IMG/VR virus record: IMGVR_UViG_3300045919_000635
Span: 3,186 to 67,185 of that record
DNA length: 64,000 nt
Origin: a virus
Strand: one strand, 5' to 3'
The notes under the pieces were generated by a model, which ran no database searches, was not told the DNA's origin, and saw nothing but the letters and a program-made list of their open reading frames with translations. The position numbers were made by a program, and so were the translations under genes. This document shows positions 49,474 to 57,728 of the stretch, one piece after another (position 1 is the first letter of the stretch; each line of letters starts with the position of its first letter).

Positions 49474-49902
49474 TTAGTGGACGTAACCCTGCCTCGTGCC
49501 ATCCCAAGAAGAAAGCGAATCGTAAGATCCTGGAATTGTTTTTTCTAACTCGAAGTGTTGATTTACTTCGTCCTCCGAATAAGATCCACCTTGCCATACG
49601 TGATAAATATTTACTTCAGGCATAAAAGGCGCTGCTTGATTTTCAATTTTTACCCAAACTTCTATTGGGGAAATACCAGATAATGCGGATAAAGCATTTT
49701 TCAGTTGAGAGTAAGGCTTGTTGTAGCCACTTTTTTTTGGAGGATTTTCCATTTTAATTACCTTCTTGCTAACAAATCGAGGGCGAAAACCAGTGACACG
49801 TACCCACAACACGCTTGCCCATTCCCGAACTTCTGTGACTAGCTCTTGCGCTACATTTAAAAATTCGCTTACTGGTCTTTGTGCTGCTGTTGTGATGTCC
49901 AT
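49474..49902 (-). CDS. Hypothetical protein
   Basis: Strong AAAGGAG RBS and its own promoter. Confidence 0.65.
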   Translation of the reverse strand: MDITTAAQRPVSEFLNVAQELVTEVREWASVLWVRVTGFRPRFVSKKVIKMENPPKKSGYNKPYSQLKNALSALSGISPIEVWVKIENQAAPFMPEVNIYHVWQGGSYSEDEVNQHFELEKTIPGSYDSLSSWDGTRQGYVH

Positions 49903-49928
49903 TGGTTTCTCCTTTCTGGTATATATCT

Positions 49929-49957
49929 ACTATATATTTAGCAGAAAGAAGTGTCAA
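49929..49957 (-). promoter_or_regulatory. Sigma70-type promoter
   Basis: TTGACA-17 nt-TATAGT on the minus strand. Confidence 0.75.
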
Positions 49958-50091
49958 GGGATTTTAGGAAAGTTTTTCGTTTTAGCGATCGCGTGACTAC
50001 AGCTATATGCGATCGCATACCCGCCCTCATGCGTGCGATCGCATTAAAAAACGCCCCTATATTTATAGGAGCGCATGAACTTTTTTGTAAA

Positions 50092-50640
50092 TTACCGCCA
50101 AACAAAATAAGTCTTTTTCACGTCATCATCGGACTCCTCAACGAACTCCTCCTGCCAGAATTCGATGGGGTAGTAGGCGATAAAATCGTGAAATTGATAT
50201 TGAGTAACCAACCCTGGATAACTGGGGCTTTCTTTCTCCTCAGTATCAATCCCGCCAGGGCGAATGGGAGTGAGTGCGATCGCTTCACTACTCATCCCTA
50301 ATTCTTCCTTCAGAGCACGTTCCGCTGCATCTTCCGGATTTTCGTTGGGGAGGAATTTTTCGGCTAATCCTTCAATTCTACGTTTACGGATGCGCCCATC
50401 CGCGAAAACTTGGCGATCTTCGTAAAGGCTTAATTCATTATCCAGGGAGATAACTTTCACTCGACACACCTTGATTAGGCGGATAGGCTTATCGCCCTCC
50501 CAAACAATCTCAGATTCGCCTTTCTCTATTTCTTTAACTAAGGATGCAAAATCTTTCGCTCGCCTTTTTCCGTATAATTCCAAGGGAAGATATTCTTGAA
50601 GCCTAGAAGTTTGAGCTATTTGCATAATTTTATCAACCAA
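50092..50640 (-). CDS. NUDIX hydrolase
   Basis: EKFLPNENPEDAAERALKEELG Nudix box and ESPSYPGL motif. Confidence 0.8.
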   Translation of the reverse strand: MVDKIMQIAQTSRLQEYLPLELYGKRRAKDFASLVKEIEKGESEIVWEGDKPIRLIKVCRVKVISLDNELSLYEDRQVFADGRIRKRRIEGLAEKFLPNENPEDAAERALKEELGMSSEAIALTPIRPGGIDTEEKESPSYPGLVTQYQFHDFIAYYPIEFWQEEFVEESDDDVKKTYFVWR

Positions 50641-50741
50641 CTCTTCATCTGAATTTGAATTCAGGATTTGTAGTAGCTTAAAAGGCAGATAAACGGTTCT
50701 GCCTTGCCCCGTGGAAGGACGACCACGCCCACGGGACTTGA

Positions 50742-51065
50742 TTAAGCTACTACTTCCGTTTTTGGGATTTCAATGATATCCCCTACTCTCACGCCAGGGA
50801 AATGGGATTGAACAACGACCGCGCCTAAGCGGGGATCTAAATGTGCTACCCACACCGCGATATGGCAGTGATGCGCGATCGCACTATGCAACCAAATTGC
50901 TCCACGGTGGGAGATAATGACACCCTTTTTGAAATCTATAGCTAAGGCATCGACAGCGGCGATCGCGCTTATAATCGCGCTGGTATCGTAGCTAGCTTCA
51001 GTGGATAAAATTTCAATTACTTGAAATTGCTCATTTGACTGAGCGATATTTGCTGTAATGGTCAT
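50742..51065 (-). CDS. csx3: Csx3/Crn3 family ring nuclease
   Basis: KGVIISHRGAIWLH...AHHCH..WVAHLDPRLGAVVVQSH..G..VGDII matches the Csx3 signature (GV++SGRGPIWL..H..H...+DPRLGAVVV.SH). Confidence 0.9.
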   Translation of the reverse strand: MTITANIAQSNEQFQVIEILSTEASYDTSAIISAIAAVDALAIDFKKGVIISHRGAIWLHSAIAHHCHIAVWVAHLDPRLGAVVVQSHFPGVRVGDIIEIPKTEVVA

Positions 51066-51150
51066 TTGTTTTAAAGGGATATGTGACTATTTTCCCAGGC
51101 GATCGCTACCCATTCGATGAGTGGCATCACGCTTTATGCGATCGCGCTAA

Positions 51151-51933
51151 TTATTTATTCCAAAACCCGTCGGATTCCATTGATGTTTGGGTACTGCCAC
51201 CTCCCGCTGAGGGAACACGAACTCTGTAGGATTGCCCATTTTTAAGCTTTGCCATTTCCGCTTCACATATCCGGATTTGGCTCATTTCTTCCCCCTCGAA
51301 AACTTTTATCCCATCATCATTTACGACGATTCGATAAGCCTTTCTATAGTGATTGGAGAAGAAACAATCTGGATCTCCCAGAAACATCCCTCGACAAAAT
51401 CCAGACTCGACCTTAAAGACTTTTGAACTTCGCCAAAAAGCTTCAAAACGATAATCGGACTTCCGAATACCCTCCTGAATCTTCACAACTTCCTCAATTT
51501 CTATGTTGAGATATGAGCCTATTTTTTGAGCCTCAGCCAAGGCTTGAACTTCAGATACGCGCTTGAATTCTAGCTTGTCCGGGAATGATAGCAATTCAGA
51601 CTTTTGCTTTATCCTCAAAACAGCTTTAGCCACTGAAAACGAACAACCATACTTACCTTTTAATGTTTTGGTTCCCGATGCTGGCATATCTTCTAATCTC
51701 AAGCCTAATGCGCTCGCATCGCTTGCATTAGCAATCTTGGTGGGTAAATCGGAGATTGCTTCCTCTGGCGTTCCAAGCCAGAAAATTTCATACGCCTCCC
51801 AGCCTTCTACTTCCAGTACTGGGGCATTATTTTTTAATTCTTTATTCAGCTTTTCAATTTTTCTAACTGCCTCTTCCCACTCAGCAATAAGCTGCTTTTC
51901 GTTTTGGAACTCAACGGTTTTGATTAATTTCAC
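51151..51933 (-). CDS. Hypothetical protein (first gene of the csx3 operon)
   Basis: 260-aa ORF downstream of a strong promoter. Confidence 0.6.
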   Translation of the reverse strand: MKLIKTVEFQNEKQLIAEWEEAVRKIEKLNKELKNNAPVLEVEGWEAYEIFWLGTPEEAISDLPTKIANASDASALGLRLEDMPASGTKTLKGKYGCSFSVAKAVLRIKQKSELLSFPDKLEFKRVSEVQALAEAQKIGSYLNIEIEEVVKIQEGIRKSDYRFEAFWRSSKVFKVESGFCRGMFLGDPDCFFSNHYRKAYRIVVNDDGIKVFEGEEMSQIRICEAEMAKLKNGQSYRVRVPSAGGGSTQTSMESDGFWNK

Positions 51934-52008
51934 TTACGACGCGATGCCCTCTTTTCATCGCTCCTAGCAAGGCTTTCTAGTTTGCCTCGGGTGATTGTTT
52001 TGCCTTGT

Positions 52009-52060
52009 GAATTTATCTTAGATTAATTCATTTGGATTGTCAAGGAATTTATCTTAGATT
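52009..52060 (-). promoter_or_regulatory. Sigma70 promoter bracketed by 16-bp direct-repeat operator
   Basis: TTGACA(52043)-17-TAAGAT. gaatttatcttagatt occurs at 52009 and 52045. Confidence 0.7.
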
Positions 52061-52068
52061 GAGCAACA

Positions 52069-52258
52069 GAAGGCATGACGGTAGGATAAATCCTACCGTC
52101 AGCCTTCATCCCCGGTCTGAAGCACAGAATGCGGAACTACGTTCCTGTTCTTCCGGGGTTTTCGCCATCCATCTTATAAACCTGGGATTTCTTATCTGCA
52201 TGAGCAAGTTATGTCTTAGATTCAAGAATCCCCGTCTCTTTAGAGCGGGGAGTGTCAA
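52069..52258 (+). mobile_element. IS200/IS605-family right-end remnant / possible orphan reRNA
   Basis: caagaatccccgtctctttagagcggggagtgtcaa is a typical TnpB-element right end ending in TCAA. Upstream hairpin gaagg..gacggtagga..tcctaccgtc..ccttc. Confidence 0.7.
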
Positions 52259-52397
52259 CCGCTTCGATTTCGGATTCCGTGTACTGAACGGGAGGGTTGA
52301 ATTGGATACTTGGGTCGTGCTTGTCAATGCGATCGTCGCAAGACGTGCCGGAGGTATCGCTGTTATGTGAGAAGAGTGCGATCGCTGTTTGGTTGCG

Positions 52398-53801
52398 TCA
52401 TGTTTTAAATCTAATAGCTGCGTGAGTGCGATTAATTTCAATTAGTTCCATTGCAGCCAGTTGCTCTACAAAGCTTGTAATTTCTGCTGCTGTATTCTTG
52501 CCTTTAAGCACTGCGTAATCTTTGCGACTAATATCACGGACGGCTAACCATTCCCCTTTAGCTTCTTTAGTTGCCTTCCAAATAGTTCGCAATGGTTCGG
52601 GTAATGCATCTGCCGCAGTCAGTTCACATATAGTCGGAATGGGTGTTAGTGTTGCAGTCGTTAAAACTTTATTTGGTGCAATTTGAGGAACTTTATTTTC
52701 AGATTCTCTAATTTTTTTCCCTTTATACTCCAGCAAGTTGGGCAATAATCCCGCCTTCGGTTTCCCACTGGTGCTAATTATTATTGGTACTTTATTCTGT
52801 GTTGAAAGCTTGATATACTTAGCTACATCGATGACAAACTTTTCACGCATCGCACCATCGGGAAAGATGTAGGGGTTTCTGACAATTGACTGGATAACTT
52901 CAAAACCTCCTTGCTCATTGCCATCTTCATCAAGACTAATCAATCCTTGGCTGATAATATTCAAGTTGTTTCTGATGTTAGAATCTTCTGCCAGTCCCAA
53001 AGAAGCAATATTGTAAGTTTGGCTATCAACAAATAACGATACATTAAACTCACGGGCAACCGTTACAATATCCGCAAGTTTAGTTTGCACTTGGGACTCC
53101 CAAAGTTTCTTATGGGATTTCGTCAAACTGTTGTGGGTGCTGTACCAATCAGCAATTATCAACCGAACTGGTAAACTTTTTAGTTTGTCACGCTCTATAC
53201 CCTCTGGTAATTGCGATCGATCAAGAAATATTTCATAAACTTTTTGAAGTGCTTCAAGTGCGGTAGCTGGGTCGGATGAATCATACACCCACACTTTACC
53301 TTTTTCACTTAACCCATTGAAGCTATCGTTTTTACGGGCAATCACATACACATCAGCACTTGGGTAGTTTTCAAACAACTTAGTCAGCCAGTATGACTGA
53401 GTGACTGACTTACCCGCACCACTGGGAGCTGCGAGCAAAGTGCTAAGTTTGGTGTGAACCAATTCGTCAATAATCCGTTGACCAGTTTCAGTGTGTGGTG
53501 AAACGTTGGTAGTTATAGATTGAGCATTGGGCGCTAGTCTTATGTCACTGTCATGTGATTGAGCAGTCGCGTACTCTACGTGCGCTGGTTCTAGAACGGT
53601 TGGTATATATGAATCAGGTTGATTCACCAAATTGGATTTTATATTTTTTTCTTGTAACCCTTGCGGTTTTTCAACTCCAAACTTAGCGATCGCCAATCCA
53701 ACAATAGCCCCCAAAATAATAGAAACTTCCCACCCCGTTGGTATGGGTTGAGAAGTTTTAGGCTTTTGAGTTGCGAGTAATAAGCACAAAAGTAGATTCA
53801 T
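52398..53801 (-). CDS. FtsK/HerA-superfamily membrane-anchored ATPase (TraB/TcpA-like)
   Basis: N-terminal TM, Walker A LLAAPSGAGKS, Walker B RLIIADW, AREFNVSLFVDSQ arginine-finger/Q motif, C-terminal wHTH. Confidence 0.75.
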   Translation of the reverse strand: MNLLLCLLLATQKPKTSQPIPTGWEVSIILGAIVGLAIAKFGVEKPQGLQEKNIKSNLVNQPDSYIPTVLEPAHVEYATAQSHDSDIRLAPNAQSITTNVSPHTETGQRIIDELVHTKLSTLLAAPSGAGKSVTQSYWLTKLFENYPSADVYVIARKNDSFNGLSEKGKVWVYDSSDPATALEALQKVYEIFLDRSQLPEGIERDKLKSLPVRLIIADWYSTHNSLTKSHKKLWESQVQTKLADIVTVAREFNVSLFVDSQTYNIASLGLAEDSNIRNNLNIISQGLISLDEDGNEQGGFEVIQSIVRNPYIFPDGAMREKFVIDVAKYIKLSTQNKVPIIISTSGKPKAGLLPNLLEYKGKKIRESENKVPQIAPNKVLTTATLTPIPTICELTAADALPEPLRTIWKATKEAKGEWLAVRDISRKDYAVLKGKNTAAEITSFVEQLAAMELIEINRTHAAIRFKT

Positions 53802-54064
53802 TTTGAGCGAAACTTACATTGCATTCCAAACACTGCATCATTAGCAAAATTAGTCATACCAACCATTGTGTTGCGAATTGGGGTAGGAACTAAAGAATTT
53901 ACAACTACTCCCCAAAGTAACGGGCTAACAATTAACCACAGTAAAAAAATAACTCCTATTTCTCTGAGTCCAACTTTAAATTTAGAGCGTTCTTCTTTTA
54001 ACTTCAACTCTAAACTTTCAACTTTATCCAGTAAATCAACTTGCTGCCAGTGGTGTGTCTGCAT
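53798..54064 (-). CDS. Small membrane protein
   Basis: IGVIFLLWLIVSPLLWGVVV TM segment, coupled to the ATPase gene. Confidence 0.65.
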   Translation of the reverse strand: MQTHHWQQVDLLDKVESLELKLKEERSKFKVGLREIGVIFLLWLIVSPLLWGVVVNSLVPTPIRNTMVGMTNFANDAVFGMQCKFRSK

Positions 54065-54269
54065 TGGGTTTCCACTTTATTAATGCATTGTCAACTTTGA
54101 AATAAGTCCCAACCAGTAAGGCTGAGACTAATGACAGAAATACAAAAAAAGAAAATATCTTACTTACGACGCTCATCTTTTGCTTGGTCTATTCTAATTA
54201 GCATAATCAAACCGTAGATAATAGCTATTCCAACTATTACCAGTACTCCACTTAATGAGGGAATCATCA

Positions 54270-54791
54270 TCAAACTTTCCTCGCGTCTTGAACTTCTGCG
54301 TGATTAAAAATGTTGGCACATCCAAAAGCTATTTCACTGCCCAACACAAATACAGTGGCAAGTATTTGTATAAACTGTGGCAATCCCGCTGTATTACCTT
54401 TTGCTCCCATCTGAGCAAGGTTTACATTGTAATCAAACCAAAATACATATCCAGCCACCAAACAAAACGCAATGACCCCGGCAATGCTTGCTGCTGCACT
54501 AAAGTTTTTTAGTAGCGGGTCATGACTACCAAGTAAAGCTCTTGGTCTTTCCATTGTTTGCAGTAAAGCATTTGGGTCAAACATTACTGTCATCGCCGCC
54601 GCCTCAATGCCTAGTATCAAAACTACAGCGCTAGAGCTACCAAATATTTGCTGAATCCAATTGCCTCCTGATAATACTTTGTAAAAGTAAGGCGTTAAAG
54701 TTACAGCATTGTAACCAAGAATTAACCAGCCAGATGCTTTCATGATGTTACCAAGCTGGCTATTAGTCTTTTTGTCCCTTGTAAATAACAT
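54270..54791 (-). CDS. Multi-pass membrane protein
   Basis: About four hydrophobic helices. Confidence 0.7.
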   Translation of the reverse strand: MLFTRDKKTNSQLGNIMKASGWLILGYNAVTLTPYFYKVLSGGNWIQQIFGSSSAVVLILGIEAAAMTVMFDPNALLQTMERPRALLGSHDPLLKNFSAAASIAGVIAFCLVAGYVFWFDYNVNLAQMGAKGNTAGLPQFIQILATVFVLGSEIAFGCANIFNHAEVQDARKV

Positions 54792-55287
54792 TATTTAATT
54801 GCTAGTAATCGTACTGCGACTGTTGAGGAATGGCTACACGTCTAAAATTTCATTGAGATTGTACACTGAGTTTTCTGGTTGTTCTTCTACAACTTCAATC
54901 TCTAGCTCTACACTTGCTAATTCTGGCGGTAATCCTTCCACTTCACAGTTCATTATTTTCTAACCAAACCATTCTTTGTGAAACTTGAACATCAGTGACA
55001 GGGAAGGGTTCGTTACCGCCACTAATAACAACCTTCATCTTTTTGTTTTTGACTTCTGCCAACTTATCGATTAATTCTTGGACTGTCATAGTTTTTATTT
55101 TTGATTGGGTAAACATTCAAACTTCTTGCCGTGCCAGTATATCCGAGGTTGATTAATTCCTTCAAAGTATATTTTGTATTGAGGTGGGTCTGTCTTTAAC
55201 TCAATAATGTCACGCACACACAAAATACCTTTTCCTTCTCCTTCGGAGACGCTAGCGCGAACAGGGTCTATAATATTCAACCCTAGA

Positions 55288-55500
55288 TTAATGTCTTGAA
55301 CTAATATTTCCATCACAACTCCTTGTATTTGAAATGTTGTAAGTAATTGTGAGTGCTGATAAAGCAATTGCGATCGCACTCAATCCAATTACTAGTTGAA
55401 AAATCTGCGGGAACTTCTGCTCTACCTTTTTGTAGTAGCGTTTCTGAGTTCCATCGGGGTAATATTCAGCCTCAACTATGTGAGGCTGCTCTTGGTTCAT
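55288..55500 (-). CDS. Small membrane protein
   Basis: IFQLVIGLSAIAIALSAL TM segment. Confidence 0.55.
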   Translation of the reverse strand: MNQEQPHIVEAEYYPDGTQKRYYKKVEQKFPQIFQLVIGLSAIAIALSALTITYNISNTRSCDGNISSRH

Positions 55501-55505
55501 ACAAC

Positions 55506-55724
55506 TTAATACCCAGGCGAATACCTTACGTAATCATTTTCATCAACAGTTATCACTATTTTTTGCTGCTCTATTAATCCTAGAACTAATAAATCAAATT
55601 CTGAAGAAGAAATATCCCCTTCAAAGCAAGCTAAACACCTAATCAATGGGGCTATTTTCCCAGGACATTCATTAACTATTTTGATAATTAGGCTTTCCTT
55701 GTCGTTCACTTTCTCGTAACCCAT
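55506..55724 (-). CDS. Small wHTH-like protein
   Basis: 72 aa within the operon. Confidence 0.5.
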   Translation of the reverse strand: MGYEKVNDKESLIIKIVNECPGKIAPLIRCLACFEGDISSSEFDLLVLGLIEQQKIVITVDENDYVRYSPGY

Positions 55725-55867
55725 GAATGCAAACCAATTGTTGCAACCAACGCCGCGATCGCACCACCAGCAGCGGGAATAAATGCAGCCAATAAAAACG
55801 CTGCGCCTCCAAATCCACCAACTACACTAGTAAGCCCTAATACTCCCGTAGCTCCTTTAATAACCAT
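55706..55867 (-). CDS. Small glycine-zipper membrane peptide
   Basis: AAAGGAG RBS then MVIKGATGVLGLTSVVGGFGGAAFLLAAF... Confidence 0.6.
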   Translation of the reverse strand: MVIKGATGVLGLTSVVGGFGGAAFLLAAFIPAAGGAIAALVATIGLHSWVTRK

Positions 55868-55914
55868 TTCTCCTTTCCCTCTAGTTTTTTGTTTCTCCAA
55901 AATTGAAACGATCA

Positions 55915-56304
55915 TCAGCCACCTGATTCGACAGTAGATGGCATTTCGGATGGCAGTAGTGCGTACTTTGGGCTGTCCTGCCATGTCTCCAGGACATGAC
56001 ACTCTAGAGCTAAAGGGGCGTTTAATCCAGCAAACAACCCATCAAGCATCTCTGCTGATAAATCGCCAAAGTCCCCGTTTTCAAAATCTTGCACAACATC
56101 AGCGATCGCACCAGCCACAAGCTGAGTTTTGATGTTCTCTTTCAGCTGCCGACGACCTTCTGTCAGTTTCCCTTGTAGGGTGTTGCCTGCCGTCTGTGCT
56201 GACTCTGTAGCCCGTCCATTACCCTGCTTGCGTTGTCGGGTGTCGGGTTGTCGGTTATTTGGTTGCCCGACATTATCATCTTCTACTGCTTTCTTGAATG
56301 ACAT
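55915..56304 (-). CDS. Hypothetical protein
   Basis: GGAGG RBS, 129 aa. Confidence 0.65.
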   Translation of the reverse strand: MSFKKAVEDDNVGQPNNRQPDTRQRKQGNGRATESAQTAGNTLQGKLTEGRRQLKENIKTQLVAGAIADVVQDFENGDFGDLSAEMLDGLFAGLNAPLALECHVLETWQDSPKYALLPSEMPSTVESGG

Positions 56305-56620
56305 AAAAATCCTCCATGTGTTGTTTTATTCGAGCCGTCGCACCTACATACTGATACTTCTCTAGAAGTTGCTTGAATTGATACAAAGCTTCAAGGGTTC
56401 CCCTACTTAAGTATTGGTTGTATGGCTTGTAATCAAATCCTTTTGGTTGAGCTTTTTGTAAACAAGTCAAGTATCTCCAACAAGTAGTTGGACTAATTTC
56501 AAGCTCCTTTTCTGCTTTTTTTCTGGATAATTCAGTTTCAGCACTAAAGTGCAATGGTTCTGTTTTGGTATGAGTGAATTCTGAAGTAAACATGAATGAG
56601 ATGTGAATGCGTTCAGACAT
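56276..56620 (-). CDS. HTH DNA-binding protein
   Basis: LSRKKAEKELEISPTTCWRY HTH. Confidence 0.6.
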   Translation of the reverse strand: MSERIHISFMFTSEFTHTKTEPLHFSAETELSRKKAEKELEISPTTCWRYLTCLQKAQPKGFDYKPYNQYLSRGTLEALYQFKQLLEKYQYVGATARIKQHMEDFYVIQESSRR

Positions 56621-56697
56621 CGTTCATACTTTGATAATAAAAAACTTGCACAGTGGCGGGTAGTCATATTTGTCGCAAAAGTGTCGCAAAAGTGAAA

Positions 56698-56904
56698 TCA
56701 AAAGTCAAAAAAAATTCCGTAACTTTTGCCCGATTTTTCCCACTTAGTATTAACTTCGCTTAAAATCCACCGAGCATATCGGGGGGTTTTTTGCTGCCAT
56801 CGCTGAATCGTTCTTATGTCGCGCTCAAAAAATGCTGCCAGCAAATTAAATATTTCGCAGTCCTGTGATAGACCCCATCTGGCTAAGAATTCAAGTAAGC
56901 TCAT
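56698..56904 (-). CDS. Cro-like HTH protein
   Basis: MSLLEFLARWGLS...LAAFFERDIRTIQRW. AGGAG RBS before ATG 56904. Confidence 0.65.
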   Translation of the reverse strand: MSLLEFLARWGLSQDCEIFNLLAAFFERDIRTIQRWQQKTPRYARWILSEVNTKWEKSGKSYGIFFDF

Positions 56905-57063
56905 AGTTGCTCCTGCTACAGGTTGTGCTGTGGTTGGGGAAGTCCGACGGTGAAGGTTCAGAGCTTCACCGTCGGGCATCTTTATTTAATTTAATATAAA
57001 ACCAGCCGACATAAACCAACGGGTGATAATATATAACTAAGAATATACTACATTTTAAGTCGA

Positions 57064-57420
57064 ATGCCAAAGTTGAACATCAGTTCGGTTGACCTAACTG
57101 AAGATGAGATTGACTTCCTTAAGGCTATTTGCAACCTTTCGGGCGAATCTGTGAGAGCGCAAGTTCGCCAAATAATCAAAGGGCATTTAGTTAGGTTCAA
57201 GCCGCAATACCTTAAGCAGATAAACTATCTTGCACGAAAATACGGGCTGACATTTCAAGAAACTTTTCTTCGGCTAACCACCGGGCAGCCCCCATTTGGC
57301 GAAGTGGTGATGGAAGCGCCAGTTTTGGAAGAGGAAGAAATCACCAACTTTGGTTGTGAGGTTAAGGGTGCGATTCCAGGCAGCGGCAATGTGAAATACA
57401 AGCCAGGAGAGGAAGGGTAG
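57064..57420 (+). CDS. Putative RHH-like repressor, divergent from the Cro-like gene
   Basis: MPKLNISSVDLTEDEIDFLKAICNLSGESVRAQVRQII. Confidence 0.55.
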   Translation: MPKLNISSVDLTEDEIDFLKAICNLSGESVRAQVRQIIKGHLVRFKPQYLKQINYLARKYGLTFQETFLRLTTGQPPFGEVVMEAPVLEEEEITNFGCEVKGAIPGSGNVKYKPGEEG

Positions 57421-57497
57421 AGCGATCGCGTCTTCTCTTAATTAACCAATTTTTCTGATTATTGACAGACTAATAGTGCTTTGTGGCGGGTTTCGGT

Positions 57498-57720
57498 GCT
57501 ATTCACCAAGCAGTGTCAGCACTAGATATTTAGTACTGATACTGGACAGATAGCCAGCTTAAGCGAAAGCTACGTTTTGAGAATCATGACACCTACAGGT
57601 GCTTTCTAGCTTGTAGCTCTGTCGTCAACCATTAAACACCCGTATTTGGTTAAGGGAGTGTGTTTGGCTTAACAAGTTCTCAAAACTTTGGCGAGGAAAA
57701 CATAACCTGAGAAATCAGAG
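57498..57720 (+). ncRNA. IscB-associated omega RNA (HEARO-like) scaffold
   Basis: Directly upstream of iscB. GCTAT...ATAGC stem, then ccag..taag..gctacgtt..gacacct..gtgc..ctagc..gctctgtcg..ttaaaca..gtg..ttggcgagg..aacataac motifs typical of HEARO. Confidence 0.8.
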
Positions 57721-57728
57721 GACAATCA

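Noticed and set aside
50700-52300. CRISPR array or cas operon near csx3
   Set aside because: No regularly spaced repeat-spacer units and no other cas genes were seen.
52032-52441. ORFs 52032..52370 (+) and 52106..52441 (-)
   Set aside because: They overlap the promoter, hairpins and IS605 end, and have no protein-like features.
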